A stretch of DNA of 64,000 bases from Paludibacteraceae bacterium. GTDB taxonomy: Bacteria > Bacteroidota > Bacteroidia > Bacteroidales > Paludibacteraceae. The DNA lies in NCBI GenBank assembly GCA_024401565.1, contig JAKSKU010000008.1, positions 7,034-71,033 on the forward strand. The letters run 5' to 3'. Of this stretch, positions 45,850 to 56,214 are shown one piece after another. Below the pieces are notes generated by a model. The model was given only the letters and a program-made list of their open reading frames with translations, was not told the origin of the DNA and did no database searches. Both the position numbers and the translations under genes were made by a program. Numbering within the stretch: the stretch's first letter is position 1; each line of letters starts with the position of its first letter.

Positions 45850-47433
45850 TTACTTAAGTGCAACCTCAACTGGAGGAAGAACTCTCTTCAACTTATCTGG
45901 ACCAACAGCGTTAACGTCAGATACGTAAACTGTCTTACCCTTTGTAAGCTTCTTGAAGATATCCTTCTGCTTTGAAGTCAACTTACCTCCCTGTGCAGCC
46001 TCGATAATAGTGTTACCCATTGAGTCGAAAGACTTAAGAGAGAATGAAAGCACGTTATACTTAACATTCAAGTCAGCGTCGTCAAGCTCAGCTACAACCT
46101 CCTCGCAGTTAACAAGGTCAGTCTTAGCGATCTTACCACCCTTAAATGTCTTGTTTGCACCGTACTTCAACTTTGCCAATGGTGGAGGAAGTGGCTTAGT
46201 TCTAAACTCATGCTTAGCCATGTGTGTAGACTTACCTCCGATGTTAGCGCTTACATTGATAACACAAGGAACACCAACCTTCTGAGGAGTCACATTCCAA
46301 CCCTTAGCAGTCTTAACTGAAGTTGCATTTGAGATAGAGATGCTTACATCACCAGAGTTAACACCTGGTACAGAAACTGAGATAGGGTTGCTGAAACCTG
46401 CGTAAAGCACGTTCATCATATCTGCAGATACTGTAGCTGTAGGCTCACCAACAACGTACTCAGTCTCGAATGGATAAGAAATCTCATCACCATTAGGCTT
46501 CTTCATCTTGATGTTACCTTTGTACTTCTGCTTACCAAGAGTTGTTGCAGTAAACTCGTAGATATCCTTCTCCAATGGCTTACCATTGATCTCGATAACT
46601 GGCTTCTTAGTTGAGTCTGTTGCAGCCAAAACGATCTGAGCACGGTACTTGCTACCTCTCAACACGTATGACTCATCAGCAATAGCCAAAGCCTGAATCT
46701 TGTTTACACGGAAGTCACCAGCATCCAACTGACCGATGATGTGGTTCAAACACTCAGCCTCAGTATTACGAACGTCGTTCTGAAGCTTTGTTACTGTAGC
46801 CAACACTGCGATTGCAGGCTGATCCTCCAACATCAACTGCTCCCATGAATGCTCAGCACCCTCGATCTTCTTTCCTTCAGTAGCGAAAGTTGACTTGAAT
46901 GAGTTTGCCTTGATTGTATCCTTAACACCCACAGATACCATTCTCTGTGCGAATTCAGAATAAGAATTCAACTTAGCCTTCATTGTAGAACCCCAGTTGT
47001 TACCATCTGGATCCTTAGCACGACCTGACTTTCCTTCCAAAAGCTCACTAGCGATATTAAGGTCACCAGCGTTCTTTGGTGTCCAAGTCTGCTTATCAGC
47101 CTCCTCACCATCAACAAGCATAACCAAAGTGTGCTTGAATGTATCAAGATACTGGTAAAGTGCGTTAGACTCCTTAATCAAAGAATCTACGTATGGCTCC
47201 ATTGGTTTAGCCTTAACCGGATTCTGATCCTTTAGAGATCCAAACTTGTACTCCAAGTTTGAATTATTTCCCTGAGCGATTTCAACGCTCTTCGTCATTG
47301 ATTCGTAGATCGCTGTGTAACCGTTCAAAATCTGCGCAGACACATTAAGTGCAAGCATGGCAGTTAGCACGAGGTACATCATGGCGATCATCTTCTGTCT
47401 CGGGGTCTCCGGACAGTTCGTAGCTCCACTCAT
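45850..47433 (-). CDS. porM: T9SS motor/shaft protein PorM/GldM
   Basis: The N-terminus PRQKMIAMMYLVLTAMLALNVS is the GldM hallmark. 527 aa. Confidence 0.92.
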   Translation of the reverse strand: MSGATNCPETPRQKMIAMMYLVLTAMLALNVSAQILNGYTAIYESMTKSVEIAQGNNSNLEYKFGSLKDQNPVKAKPMEPYVDSLIKESNALYQYLDTFKHTLVMLVDGEEADKQTWTPKNAGDLNIASELLEGKSGRAKDPDGNNWGSTMKAKLNSYSEFAQRMVSVGVKDTIKANSFKSTFATEGKKIEGAEHSWEQLMLEDQPAIAVLATVTKLQNDVRNTEAECLNHIIGQLDAGDFRVNKIQALAIADESYVLRGSKYRAQIVLAATDSTKKPVIEINGKPLEKDIYEFTATTLGKQKYKGNIKMKKPNGDEISYPFETEYVVGEPTATVSADMMNVLYAGFSNPISVSVPGVNSGDVSISISNATSVKTAKGWNVTPQKVGVPCVINVSANIGGKSTHMAKHEFRTKPLPPPLAKLKYGANKTFKGGKIAKTDLVNCEEVVAELDDADLNVKYNVLSFSLKSFDSMGNTIIEAAQGGKLTSKQKDIFKKLTKGKTVYVSDVNAVGPDKLKRVLPPVEVALK

Positions 47434-47477
47434 AGATTAATACCTAAAGATTAGTTTACACTAATTTCGTTTAACAA

Positions 47478-48320
47478 TTAACCACGAATAGTCATGGCGT
47501 TCAACATGTTGCCATAAACAGTGTTAAGGCTCTTCATCTGCTGAGCAAGTTTCTCGATCTCAGACTTGTAAGACTCTGCTGAAGATGCAGAAGAGTTGAT
47601 TGAACCAGCAACTGTCTTTAGAGCTGTTGTAACAAGAGACATAGCCTCACCCTGCTCGTTAGCAGTCTTAGCCTGGATCTCGAACATGCTGTTGATGCTA
47701 GAGATGTTCTTGTTGATATCCATCATCTGACCTGCGAAGTTCTTAGAACCAGAAGATGCGCTGCTGATGCTAGTCTCGATATCCTTGTAAGAGTTAACCA
47801 ATGAATCAGAAGAACTCTTTAGAGTAGCCTGTGATGTTGCGAAATCACCTGCTGCCTTAGAAGCTCTAGTTACATTCGAGATGTAATCGCTTGATACATT
47901 AGCAGCCTCTGAAAGGTTAGCCAACTGAGAAGCTGTGTTACCCAACTTAGAGACACCTTCAGTCAAGTTCTTCATCTGCTCATCCAAAAGAGCCTGTGGA
48001 TTCTTAACCTCAAGAACGTTTACTCCATTATTACCATTTGAAGCAACGATACCGTGCTGCTGACCTTCTCCAGCCTCTTCCTCTGAATCAAGTTCAGGCC
48101 ATACTAGCTCCCAGTGATAATCCTTATGAGGCTTATCAAAGATACCGATAGCGAAAAGGATAGCCTCTGTTGCCATACCTACTGTAAGCATGATACCTGC
48201 ACCTGGCCAGTGCATGATTTTAAACAAAGCTCCTACAATTACGACTGATGCTCCTAGTGAATAAGCGACACCTGTAGCTCTTTTACCTGCAGGTGACTGC
48301 ATAATTTCTACAATACCCAT
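47478..48320 (-). CDS. porL: T9SS motor protein PorL/GldL
   Basis: Two N-terminal TM helices (..GALFKIMHWPGAGIMLTVGMATEAILFAIGIF) followed by a coiled C-terminal region. 280 aa. Confidence 0.9.
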   Translation of the reverse strand: MGIVEIMQSPAGKRATGVAYSLGASVVIVGALFKIMHWPGAGIMLTVGMATEAILFAIGIFDKPHKDYHWELVWPELDSEEEAGEGQQHGIVASNGNNGVNVLEVKNPQALLDEQMKNLTEGVSKLGNTASQLANLSEAANVSSDYISNVTRASKAAGDFATSQATLKSSSDSLVNSYKDIETSISSASSGSKNFAGQMMDINKNISSINSMFEIQAKTANEQGEAMSLVTTALKTVAGSINSSASSAESYKSEIEKLAQQMKSLNTVYGNMLNAMTIRG

Positions 48321-48363
48321 TTTTCGAATATTAATTTAAGATTGTTAATAAATACGTTTTTAA

Positions 48364-49773
48364 TTAATCCATTCCAATGTAGCTTCTTACACAACGGAAA
48401 CCTAGGAATGAACGGTTTTCTGTTTGATACTCATAAGTACGCATACCGCACTGCAAGAAGATGCTGACGTCTTTCCAGCCACCACCCTTGATAACCTTTC
48501 TACGCAATACATCTGGATCGCTTGACTTAGCGTTGTACTCGTAGTTAGGGTTCATATCGTGAACGAATGAGTAGTTTGACTCGTGATATGCAGTTGAAGT
48601 CCACTCTGCTACGTTACCAGCCATATCGTACAAACCGAAATCATTTGGTGGATATGAAGCTACGCGAGATGTGATTAGATATCCGTCGTCAGTATAGTTA
48701 CCACGCTGTGGCTTAAAGTTTGCCAAGAAACATCCTTTAGCTGTACGTACATAGTAACCTCCCCAAGGGTACATTGACAAATCCTTGCCTCCACGTGCAG
48801 CGTACTCCCACTCTGCCTCTGTTGGCAAACGGAAATCCTGAACACGAACGCCACCATTAGCTACCTGGTATGCATTGAAGAAATTTGTACGCCAGTGACA
48901 GAATGCCTGAGCCTGCTCCCAAGAAACACCGACTACTGGGTATTCTCCGTAACCTGGGTGAGCGAAATACATCTTCATGTATGGCTCATTGTATGCGTAA
49001 GTAAAGTCACGAATCCAACAAAGTGTATCAGGATAGATGTTGATACGCTTCTTAGAGATGAAGTCTGAACGCTTTCTCAACTCCTTGTAGATTGTCTTGT
49101 TGATGATGTGACCCTGATCATTGTAGTAAGAAGTATCCTTACGGATCATAACATCAGCACTATCCTTTGTTACTCCAAGGCCTTCGATGCTTCTGTTGTA
49201 AGAACCACGCATAACGTCGAACTTGTTCTCCTTCTTAGCAGCCTGTATGTAGTCAACCCATGAATACTGGTATGACATAATCATAGCGTTCAACTGAGGG
49301 AAGATATCAATATCATCCTCACCCATGTAGAACATGCTATCGATAGCGATCTGCTGATCCTCATTAGGCTTATTCCAAGGAATTTCCTTCTTCCAGTTTA
49401 GAATAGGCTTCTTTAGCTCATTGCCCTTCTTGTCCTGTGTGATCTTGAATTCCTCGTCAACCAACGACAACTTTTCACGTGCAATAGAGTCACGTACCCA
49501 GTGTACGAATTGACGATACTCTCCATTTGTAATCTCTGTCTCATCCATCCAAAATGCGTCGACAGAAACCGTCTTTGACTGCGATGTCATCGCCCAGTTT
49601 GCGTCCTGGTCGTTCTGACCAATGGTAAAGGATCCGCGCTTAATGTAAAGCATACCATAAGGAGACGGCTCTTTCCATGATTTTGAATAAACACCGACCA
49701 ACTCGCCTCCTCCGTCTCCGGAGCAGCTACCGAGCAGCAATGCAATCACTGAGAAAATTAACAGCTTTTTCAT
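48364..49773 (-). CDS. porK: T9SS ring lipoprotein PorK/GldK (FGE-sulfatase/SUMF1 fold)
   Basis: Lipobox LLGS-C. It has the SUMF1-type motifs RLPTEAEWEYAARGG, NDFGLYDMAGNVAEW and GFRCV. Confidence 0.93.
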   Translation of the reverse strand: MKKLLIFSVIALLLGSCSGDGGGELVGVYSKSWKEPSPYGMLYIKRGSFTIGQNDQDANWAMTSQSKTVSVDAFWMDETEITNGEYRQFVHWVRDSIAREKLSLVDEEFKITQDKKGNELKKPILNWKKEIPWNKPNEDQQIAIDSMFYMGEDDIDIFPQLNAMIMSYQYSWVDYIQAAKKENKFDVMRGSYNRSIEGLGVTKDSADVMIRKDTSYYNDQGHIINKTIYKELRKRSDFISKKRINIYPDTLCWIRDFTYAYNEPYMKMYFAHPGYGEYPVVGVSWEQAQAFCHWRTNFFNAYQVANGGVRVQDFRLPTEAEWEYAARGGKDLSMYPWGGYYVRTAKGCFLANFKPQRGNYTDDGYLITSRVASYPPNDFGLYDMAGNVAEWTSTAYHESNYSFVHDMNPNYEYNAKSSDPDVLRRKVIKGGGWKDVSIFLQCGMRTYEYQTENRSFLGFRCVRSYIGMD

Positions 49774-49811
49774 GATATTTGAATTACTAATTTTATTTCA
49801 AATTTATTGTT

Positions 49812-50804
49812 TTACAAAATTCTTTCACTCTTATACTTGTTTTTCTTTGAGAAATTCAAATCAAACGAGTATTTCAACACCACATCGTGTGAACCACCTG
49901 ACCTTATCATCTTGTTTAGCGGCAACACGTACGCGTATCCAATTTGCATTCCAGAGATAACTTCGAAGCTAAAGGCGAATGCCATTGAACTCCAGAACCA
50001 AGTGTTTAACCCAAACGTGAATTTTTCTTTATAAGTGCAGATATTGTTCATTCCTATCTGCAACGAAGAAAAATCAGATCTTAGCATAAGCGATGGTCTA
50101 TATACCAAAGCCTTTTCTCTTGGTTTTACGCTATACTCTCCATAAACAAGCATTACTGGCTTCAAACCTAGCAATCGGTTTTCTACAATCTCTGCCTTTC
50201 CTGCATTGAGATGATGAAAAGACAAGCCAACATCAAACTTGTTTATCTTTGCTCCAACTCCAAAATTCAAGTCAAAAACAATATCATTGTCTTTTTGTCC
50301 TTCACCTGTACTCTCAGTCAGCAACAAAGGATCCTGCGATTTATGATAGTCATCTTCTCCTCCAATTCCTGAAGATGCTTTATCGTAATCAAAACTAAAA
50401 TCCGCAAATCCTACATCCAAACCGAATGACAGATTTCCTGTCTTTGTTTCAATTCGATGAGCATATTCCAAACCTAATCGCTGGAATTTCCATAAACCCT
50501 CCGTCTGTACGGAAAAGACCACTCCGGCAGCTTGATCTCGTTGAAATGGCAAATGAGAATTGAAACTGAAAAAAACATCTTGCGGATGGTTTTCAAAGCC
50601 TACCCATTGAGACTGGAACTCACCAATCACATTGGTTCTCTTATTGCTTGCTATCAGCGAAGGATTGGCACGCTCCCAATCCAAAACTGCGCTCAACATA
50701 TCCAGGTTGCTGAATTGCGAATAACCAACTATATCGCTGAAAAATAGCGATATAAGCAAAAAAAGCAACCGTTTTGACCCGTTCGAAACGGATTTTAAAA
50801 GCAA
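49812..50804 (-). CDS. porP: T9SS outer-membrane protein, PorP/SprF family
   Basis: YSQFSN..NPSL..EFQSQWVGFENHPQ matches the PorP/SprF N-terminal consensus. It lies directly upstream of porK. The start is uncertain: the ORF is open to 50924, but that overlaps the upstream gene. The TTG at 50804 gives MLLKSVSNGSKRLLFLLISLFF. Confidence 0.75.
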   Translation of the reverse strand: MLLKSVSNGSKRLLFLLISLFFSDIVGYSQFSNLDMLSAVLDWERANPSLIASNKRTNVIGEFQSQWVGFENHPQDVFFSFNSHLPFQRDQAAGVVFSVQTEGLWKFQRLGLEYAHRIETKTGNLSFGLDVGFADFSFDYDKASSGIGGEDDYHKSQDPLLLTESTGEGQKDNDIVFDLNFGVGAKINKFDVGLSFHHLNAGKAEIVENRLLGLKPVMLVYGEYSVKPREKALVYRPSLMLRSDFSSLQIGMNNICTYKEKFTFGLNTWFWSSMAFAFSFEVISGMQIGYAYVLPLNKMIRSGGSHDVVLKYSFDLNFSKKNKYKSERIL

Positions 50805-50889
50805 TATTACTTTTTTTTGCCGTAACTGACAAAAAAAATGACGGTAAAAATTCAAAAAAAATTCTCTTTTTGATTTTTTATCCTGCCAA

Positions 50890-51111
50890 TTAATACTCCT
50901 CCTCATTGAAAAAGAAATCTTCATTGCTAGGATAATCAGGCCAGATATCTTCTATACATTCATATATCTCCCCTTCATCTTCCAACTCTTCCAAATTCTC
51001 AATCACCTCCAATGGAGCGCCCGATCTTGACGCATAGTCAATCAACTCGTCTTTTGATGCAGGCCAAGGAGCATCCTCCAATTTTGTTGCCAACTCTAAT
51101 GTCCAATACAT
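50890..51111 (-). CDS. DUF2795-like small acidic protein
   Basis: 73 aa. WPASKDELIDYASRSGAPLEVIENLEEL resembles the DUF2795 core. It has a very acidic C-terminal tail. Confidence 0.6.
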   Translation of the reverse strand: MYWTLELATKLEDAPWPASKDELIDYASRSGAPLEVIENLEELEDEGEIYECIEDIWPDYPSNEDFFFNEEEY

Positions 51112-51215
51112 AAGCGTTTTTGTTAAGAATTATACATCTTATAGTCTCTCTTTTTAGAGAGATTGCAAAAGTATATTTTTTTTTAAGTAAAACAACTTTC
51201 AGCACTATTATTTTA

Positions 51216-52100
51216 CTAACACTTTTGCTTATTCATACAGATTGACACCCAATTGTCTTTTTCCTTAACAAATTGCAAGCTAAATTTATGTTTTTTAGCA
51301 ACTTCTTCGATTGCCGGAATATCTTCCTTGTAAAAGCCGCTCAATATAAGTTTGCCATTTTCTTTTATCGAATTTGCATATCTTGGGATGTCATTAAGCA
51401 AAATATTACGGTTGATATTCGCTAAAAATATATCATAGACGGCATTCAGCCCTTCTACTGTCGCAGCATCACCATGCCTAACACATATTTTATCCTCAAC
51501 TTTGTTCACAACAAGATTGTCAATGGAGTTTTCATATGCCCAGATGTCGATGTCGACAGCGTCAACTTTTTCGGCACCTAAATATGCGGCCAATATTGAG
51601 AGAATTGCCGTACCACAGCCCATATCCATCACTCTCTTTCCCTTAAAATCACAATCTAGCATATTTTTCATCATCAGACCAGTGGTTTGATGATGCCCTG
51701 TGCCAAACGCCATTCTCGGATTAATTATGATTTTGTACTTGCTCTCTGGCACATTCTTATGAAACTCGCTGCAAACCACGACCTGATCCGCGACTACGAT
51801 TGGCTGAAAATAGTTTTTTTCCCACTCCTCATTCCAATCCTTATCCTCAAGTTCCCCTATTTTGTACGTTATATTCCTATACAATTCAGAACTAGCAATC
51901 AGATTTTTCAACTCATCCTCTGAAAACAGGTTCTCTGCAACATAACACTTTAGAATTTCGCCTTCGTTTTCAAATGAATCAAATCCAATTTCCGCCAAAT
52001 CACCACTGAACAAGTCGGCGATGAACTCTCCTCCATTATTGAATGTTTGATCTCCATTCAACTGGGCCTCAATCACTTTATATTTTGTCTTATTATCCAT
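51216..52100 (-). CDS. prmA: Ribosomal protein L11 methyltransferase
   Basis: INPRMAFGTGHHQTT and the SAM motif VMDMGCGTAILSILAA. Confidence 0.9.
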   Translation of the reverse strand: MDNKTKYKVIEAQLNGDQTFNNGGEFIADLFSGDLAEIGFDSFENEGEILKCYVAENLFSEDELKNLIASSELYRNITYKIGELEDKDWNEEWEKNYFQPIVVADQVVVCSEFHKNVPESKYKIIINPRMAFGTGHHQTTGLMMKNMLDCDFKGKRVMDMGCGTAILSILAAYLGAEKVDAVDIDIWAYENSIDNLVVNKVEDKICVRHGDAATVEGLNAVYDIFLANINRNILLNDIPRYANSIKENGKLILSGFYKEDIPAIEEVAKKHKFSLQFVKEKDNWVSICMNKQKC

Positions 52101-52138
52101 ATCATTTATATGTTGAGTTAATACTGTGTTTTATTAGG

Positions 52139-52175
52139 TGGGATTATATAGGCTTTCCAAAACAAGGATTCCCAT
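52139..52175 (+). repeat. Degenerate fragment resembling the MITE-like left end
   Basis: GGGATTATATAGGCTTTCCAAAACAAGGATT compared with GGAGATTATATAGCAGTTGTCAAAATGAGGATT. No right end was identified. Confidence 0.25.
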
Positions 52176-52204
52176 TTCATAATTAGACGTCTCTAATTTA
52201 TATT

Positions 52205-52238
52205 AAAAAGAGGATAGACGCTTCCACGTCTATCCTCT
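52205..52238 (-). terminator. Terminator of the frd operon
   Basis: AGAGGATAGACG-CTTCCA-CGTCTATCCTCT. The minus strand is followed by TTTTT. Confidence 0.8.
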
Positions 52239-52259
52239 TATTTATGTTTTCAGACCATA

Positions 52260-53015
52260 TTAGTCTTTCAACTTAGCACAAATGAACTCACGGTTCAAAC
52301 GAGCGATGTTGCTGATAGATACGCCCTTTGGACACTCAGCCTCACATGCACGTGTGTTAGTACAGTTACCGAAACCAAGTTCATCCATTTTAGCGATCAT
52401 AGCCTTAACTCTTTTTGCTGCCTCTACCTTACCCTGAGGAAGAAGAGCCAACTGAGAAACCTTAGCCGAAACGAACAACATAGCTGATCCGTTCTTACAT
52501 GCTGCCACACAAGCACCACATCCGATACATGAAGCTGCATCCATTGCCTCGTCAGCAATTGTTTTAGGAATAGGAATTGCATTAGCATCAGGAATACCAC
52601 CAGTGTTAACTGAAGTATAACCACCAGCCTGCATGATCTTATCGTAAGCAGAACGGTCTACCATCAAGTCACGGATAACAGGGAACGCAGCCGAACGCCA
52701 AGGCTCGATTGTGATTGTGTCACCATCATTGAAACGACGCATGTGAAGCTGACATGTTGTAACTTCTGTATCCTTTCCGTGTGGATGTCCGTTGATATAC
52801 AATGAACACATACCACAGATACCCTCACGACAGTCGTGGTCGAATACTACAGGCTCTTGTCCTCCCTTAACCAATTTCTCGTTAAGAACATCAAGCATCT
52901 CTAGGAATGAGCTCTCAGTAGAAATATTCTCCAACTGGTGAGTCTCGAAAGCACCCTTCTCCTGTGGACCTCTCTGGCGCCATACCTTAAGTGTAATATT
53001 TATATTTTTTTCCAT
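52260..53015 (-). CDS. frdB: Fumarate reductase/succinate dehydrogenase iron-sulfur subunit
   Basis: 2Fe-2[11 protein letters not shown], 4Fe-4[12 protein letters not shown], and 3Fe-4[13 protein letters not shown]. Confidence 0.95.
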   Translation of the reverse strand: MEKNINITLKVWRQRGPQEKGAFETHQLENISTESSFLEMLDVLNEKLVKGGQEPVVFDHDCREGICGMCSLYINGHPHGKDTEVTTCQLHMRRFNDGDTITIEPWRSAAFPVIRDLMVDRSAYDKIMQAGGYTSVNTGGIPDANAIPIPKTIADEAMDAASCIGCGACVAACKNGSAMLFVSAKVSQLALLPQGKVEAAKRVKAMIAKMDELGFGNCTNTRACEAECPKGVSISNIARLNREFICAKLKD

Positions 53016-53044
53016 TTTGTCTAATTTTTCAAGTTTACTAGAAA

Positions 53045-54988
53045 TTAGTTCTTGTAGTTACGAGTCTTACGCTCTGTCTCCTCGTAATCAAGTGGCTCCT
53101 TCAAAAGTTCAGGATCTGAATTCTCTCCTGTATACTTCCAGCAAGCTACATATGAGTACTGGTCGTCCTGACGAAGTGCCTCGCCTTCCTCTGTCTGGAA
53201 CTCCTCACGGAAGTGACCACCACAAGACTCATTTCTATTGTAACCGTCGATAGCCATCAAGTAACCGATCTCCAAGAAATCAGACAATCTCAATGCCTTC
53301 TCCAACTCAGTGTTTAGAGTGTTAGCCTCACCTGGGATGAATACATTTGACCAGAACTCCTTCTTGATCTCCTTGAGCTTCTTCATCGCGATCTCAAGAC
53401 CTTCCTTAGTACGGCCCATTCCAACATACTCCCACATTACGTGACCAAGCTCCTTGTGAATTGAGTCAACTGAACGCTTACCTCTGATGCTCATCAATTT
53501 GTTGATCTTGTCCTGAACAGCCTTCTCTGCCTCTACGAACTCAGGAAGATCTGTGCTCATTCTTGCAACCTGGATCTGATCAGCCAAGTAATTCTGGATT
53601 GTGTATGGCAATACGAAGTAACCATCTGCAAGACCCTGCATCAAAGCTGATGCACCAAGACGGTTAGCACCGTGGTCTGAGAAGTTAGCCTCACCGATTG
53701 CGAACAAACCTGGGATAGATGTCATCAACTCGTAGTCAACCCAGATACCACCCATTGTGTAGTGGATTGCAGGGAAGATCTTCATTGGAACCTCATATGG
53801 ATTCTCGTCTGTGATCTTCTCATACATCTGGAACAAGTTACCATACTTCTGAGCTACTACATCAGCACCAAGACGCTGGATAGCATACTTAAAGTCAAGG
53901 TAAACTGCAAGACCAGTGTTGTTTACTCCGTATCCCTTGTCGCAACGCTCCTTAGCAGCACGAGAAGCAACGTCACGTGGCACAAGGTTACCAAATGCAG
54001 GGTAACGACGCTCCAAGTAGAAGTCACGATCCTCATCAGGAATATCGTTAGCTGTCTTTCTTCCCTCCTGGATAGCCTTTGCATCCTCAAGCTTCTTAGG
54101 AACCCAGATACGACCATCGTTACGAAGAGACTCTGACATCAATGTTAGCTTTGACTGGATATCACCGTGAACAGGGATACAAGTTGGGTGGATCTGCGCG
54201 TAACATGGGTTAGCGAAATAAGCACCCTTACGATAGATCTGCATAGCAGCAGAACCGTTAGATCCCATAGCGTTAGTTGATAGGAAGTAAGTGTTTCCGT
54301 ATCCACCAGTACCGATAACTACTGCGTGACCGAAGAAACGCTCGATCTTACCTGTTACTAGGTTACGTGCGATGATACCACGAGCACGACCCTCGATGAT
54401 AACAACGTCAAGCATCTCATAACGAGTATATAGCTTAACTGTACCCTTGTTAACCTGACGGCTAAGTGCTGAGTATGCACCTAGAAGAAGCTGCTGACCT
54501 GTCTGTCCCTTAGCGTAGAAAGTACGAGACACCTGAGCTCCACCGAACGAACGGTTGTCAAGAAGGCCACCGTACTCACGAGCGAAAGGAACACCCTGAG
54601 CGACACACTGGTCGATGATGCTGTTAGACACCTCAGCTAGACGGTAAACGTTTGCCTCACGTGCACGGTAGTCACCACCCTTGATTGTATCGTAGAATAG
54701 ACGGTATACAGAGTCACCATCATTCTGATAATTCTTAGCTGCGTTGATACCTCCCTGTGCTGCGATAGAGTGAGCACGACGTGGAGAATCCTGAATACAG
54801 AAGTTTAGCACGTTGAAACCTAGAGCACCTAGAGAAGCAGCTGCAGAAGCACCTGCAAGACCAGTACCAACAACGATGATATCCAACTTACGCTTGTTAG
54901 CTGGGTTCACCAACTTCTGATGATTTTTATAGTTGGTCCACTTTTGAGCCAAAGGACCTTTAGGAATTTTTGAATCTATAGTTGCCAT
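53045..54988 (-). CDS. frdA: Fumarate reductase/succinate dehydrogenase flavoprotein subunit
   Basis: FAD motif [25 protein letters not shown] and [13 protein letters not shown] at 54988 (MATIDSK..). Confidence 0.95.
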   Translation of the reverse strand: MATIDSKIPKGPLAQKWTNYKNHQKLVNPANKRKLDIIVVGTGLAGASAAASLGALGFNVLNFCIQDSPRRAHSIAAQGGINAAKNYQNDGDSVYRLFYDTIKGGDYRAREANVYRLAEVSNSIIDQCVAQGVPFAREYGGLLDNRSFGGAQVSRTFYAKGQTGQQLLLGAYSALSRQVNKGTVKLYTRYEMLDVVIIEGRARGIIARNLVTGKIERFFGHAVVIGTGGYGNTYFLSTNAMGSNGSAAMQIYRKGAYFANPCYAQIHPTCIPVHGDIQSKLTLMSESLRNDGRIWVPKKLEDAKAIQEGRKTANDIPDEDRDFYLERRYPAFGNLVPRDVASRAAKERCDKGYGVNNTGLAVYLDFKYAIQRLGADVVAQKYGNLFQMYEKITDENPYEVPMKIFPAIHYTMGGIWVDYELMTSIPGLFAIGEANFSDHGANRLGASALMQGLADGYFVLPYTIQNYLADQIQVARMSTDLPEFVEAEKAVQDKINKLMSIRGKRSVDSIHKELGHVMWEYVGMGRTKEGLEIAMKKLKEIKKEFWSNVFIPGEANTLNTELEKALRLSDFLEIGYLMAIDGYNRNESCGGHFREEFQTEEGEALRQDDQYSYVACWKYTGENSDPELLKEPLDYEETERKTRNYKN

Positions 54989-55014
54989 AATCTTTATCAA
55001 TTATAAATGGGAAT

Positions 55015-55698
55015 TTAAGCAATAGCACCGTAGATAACCACTGCAATAAAACCAAAGCAAACAACTGTTGCGAAAATGTTAGAAATCATCTTCCAACGTG
55101 GCATCCAAGTGTTGTTATTAGCACCAAGTGTCTGCATAGCTGACCACATACCGTGAGTCAAGTGGAACCACAATGCACACAACCAAAGAACGTAGATGAC
55201 AACATTTACTGGATTCTTGAATGTGTAAGAGATCAAACCTGCTCCATCTGTAGCGGCATAAGTTTTTACACCATCACTTAGAAGCAACTCCTCGCTTCCT
55301 ACCAATTCAGGAAGCATCATGTGAGCCCAAAAGTGAGACAAGTGAACTGCTAGACCTAGGATAACGATTGCTCCTAGTACAAACATGTTCTGAGATGCCC
55401 ATTCTACCTTTGGCTGATTCTCAGTAACAGCATATCTCTGCTCACCACGAGCTCTGCGGTTCTGCAATGTAAGCATGATCGCAAAAGCAAAGTGAACAAA
55501 CACACCTGCAGCTAGCACAGCTGTACCAGCCACTGCATACCAGTTAGATCCAAGGAACGCACAAACTCCGTTATACGCCTCATCACTAATGATAGCCACT
55601 AAATTCATTGACATGTGAAATGTCAAAAACAAGATGAGGAATAGACCTGATATACTCATAATCAGTTTTCTTCCCACCGAAGACTTAGTTAACCACAT
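55015..55698 (-). CDS. frdC: Fumarate reductase/succinate dehydrogenase cytochrome b subunit
   Basis: 227 aa with five TM helices and conserved His residues (FHMSMN, VHFAFA, HLSHFW, FHLTHGMW). It lies upstream of frdA. Confidence 0.88.
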   Translation of the reverse strand: MWLTKSSVGRKLIMSISGLFLILFLTFHMSMNLVAIISDEAYNGVCAFLGSNWYAVAGTAVLAAGVFVHFAFAIMLTLQNRRARGEQRYAVTENQPKVEWASQNMFVLGAIVILGLAVHLSHFWAHMMLPELVGSEELLLSDGVKTYAATDGAGLISYTFKNPVNVVIYVLWLCALWFHLTHGMWSAMQTLGANNNTWMPRWKMISNIFATVVCFGFIAVVIYGAIA

Positions 55699-56153
55699 AA
55701 ATAAATTACGTTTAATGAATTATTTTTATTAATTTTTATTTTCCTATTTTATGCAATATTCAGCAAAAATAGAAAGCGAAACGCAAATACGCAAACAAAA
55801 AATTTGTTTTTTGCAAAATATAATGATTTATCAACAATCTGATTTTTTTCTGACATAACATACAAAACTTAGGCTAAGAATAATAGCAGAACATACATAT
55901 TTAAATATATACGTTTGCAACAATATACAAATAAGAGCAATTTATTTCATTTTTACCATTAGTTTATATAAATATTAAATTTCATTTTGCCACGAATACC
56001 CACACAAGTATTTACAAATAACTCAAATTTTACAAAAAAAACAGACCAAACACCACCAATTCTATTATTATCAATAACATTTTGAAAACATTCAAATATT
56101 TATACAATAAGCAAAAAAGGCTTTTTTTTCGCATAGACAAACGCTTTTTTGAA

Positions 56154-56161
56154 TAATTTTG
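56154..56161 (+). promoter_or_regulatory. Candidate -7 promoter box for the DASS transporter gene
   Basis: TAATTTTG (TAnnTTTG), 54 nt upstream of the ATG at 56215, inside a 516-bp very AT-rich divergent region. Confidence 0.35.
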
Positions 56162-56214
56162 CGTTACTTTTAAAGAAAAATTAAAAATATCAAAAAATAT
56201 CAAAAAGAGGTTTT

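Noticed and set aside
55699-56214. 516-bp extremely AT-rich divergent region between frdC and the DASS gene, examined for invertible-promoter inverted repeats or small genes
   Set aside because: I saw only short, imperfect palindromes (for example GCAAACAAAAAATTTGTTTTTTGC at 55789-55812) and a duplicated AAAATATCAAAA. No flanking inverted-repeat pair typical of Bacteroidales invertons and no convincing small ORF was found. It is probably just two promoters with regulator sites.
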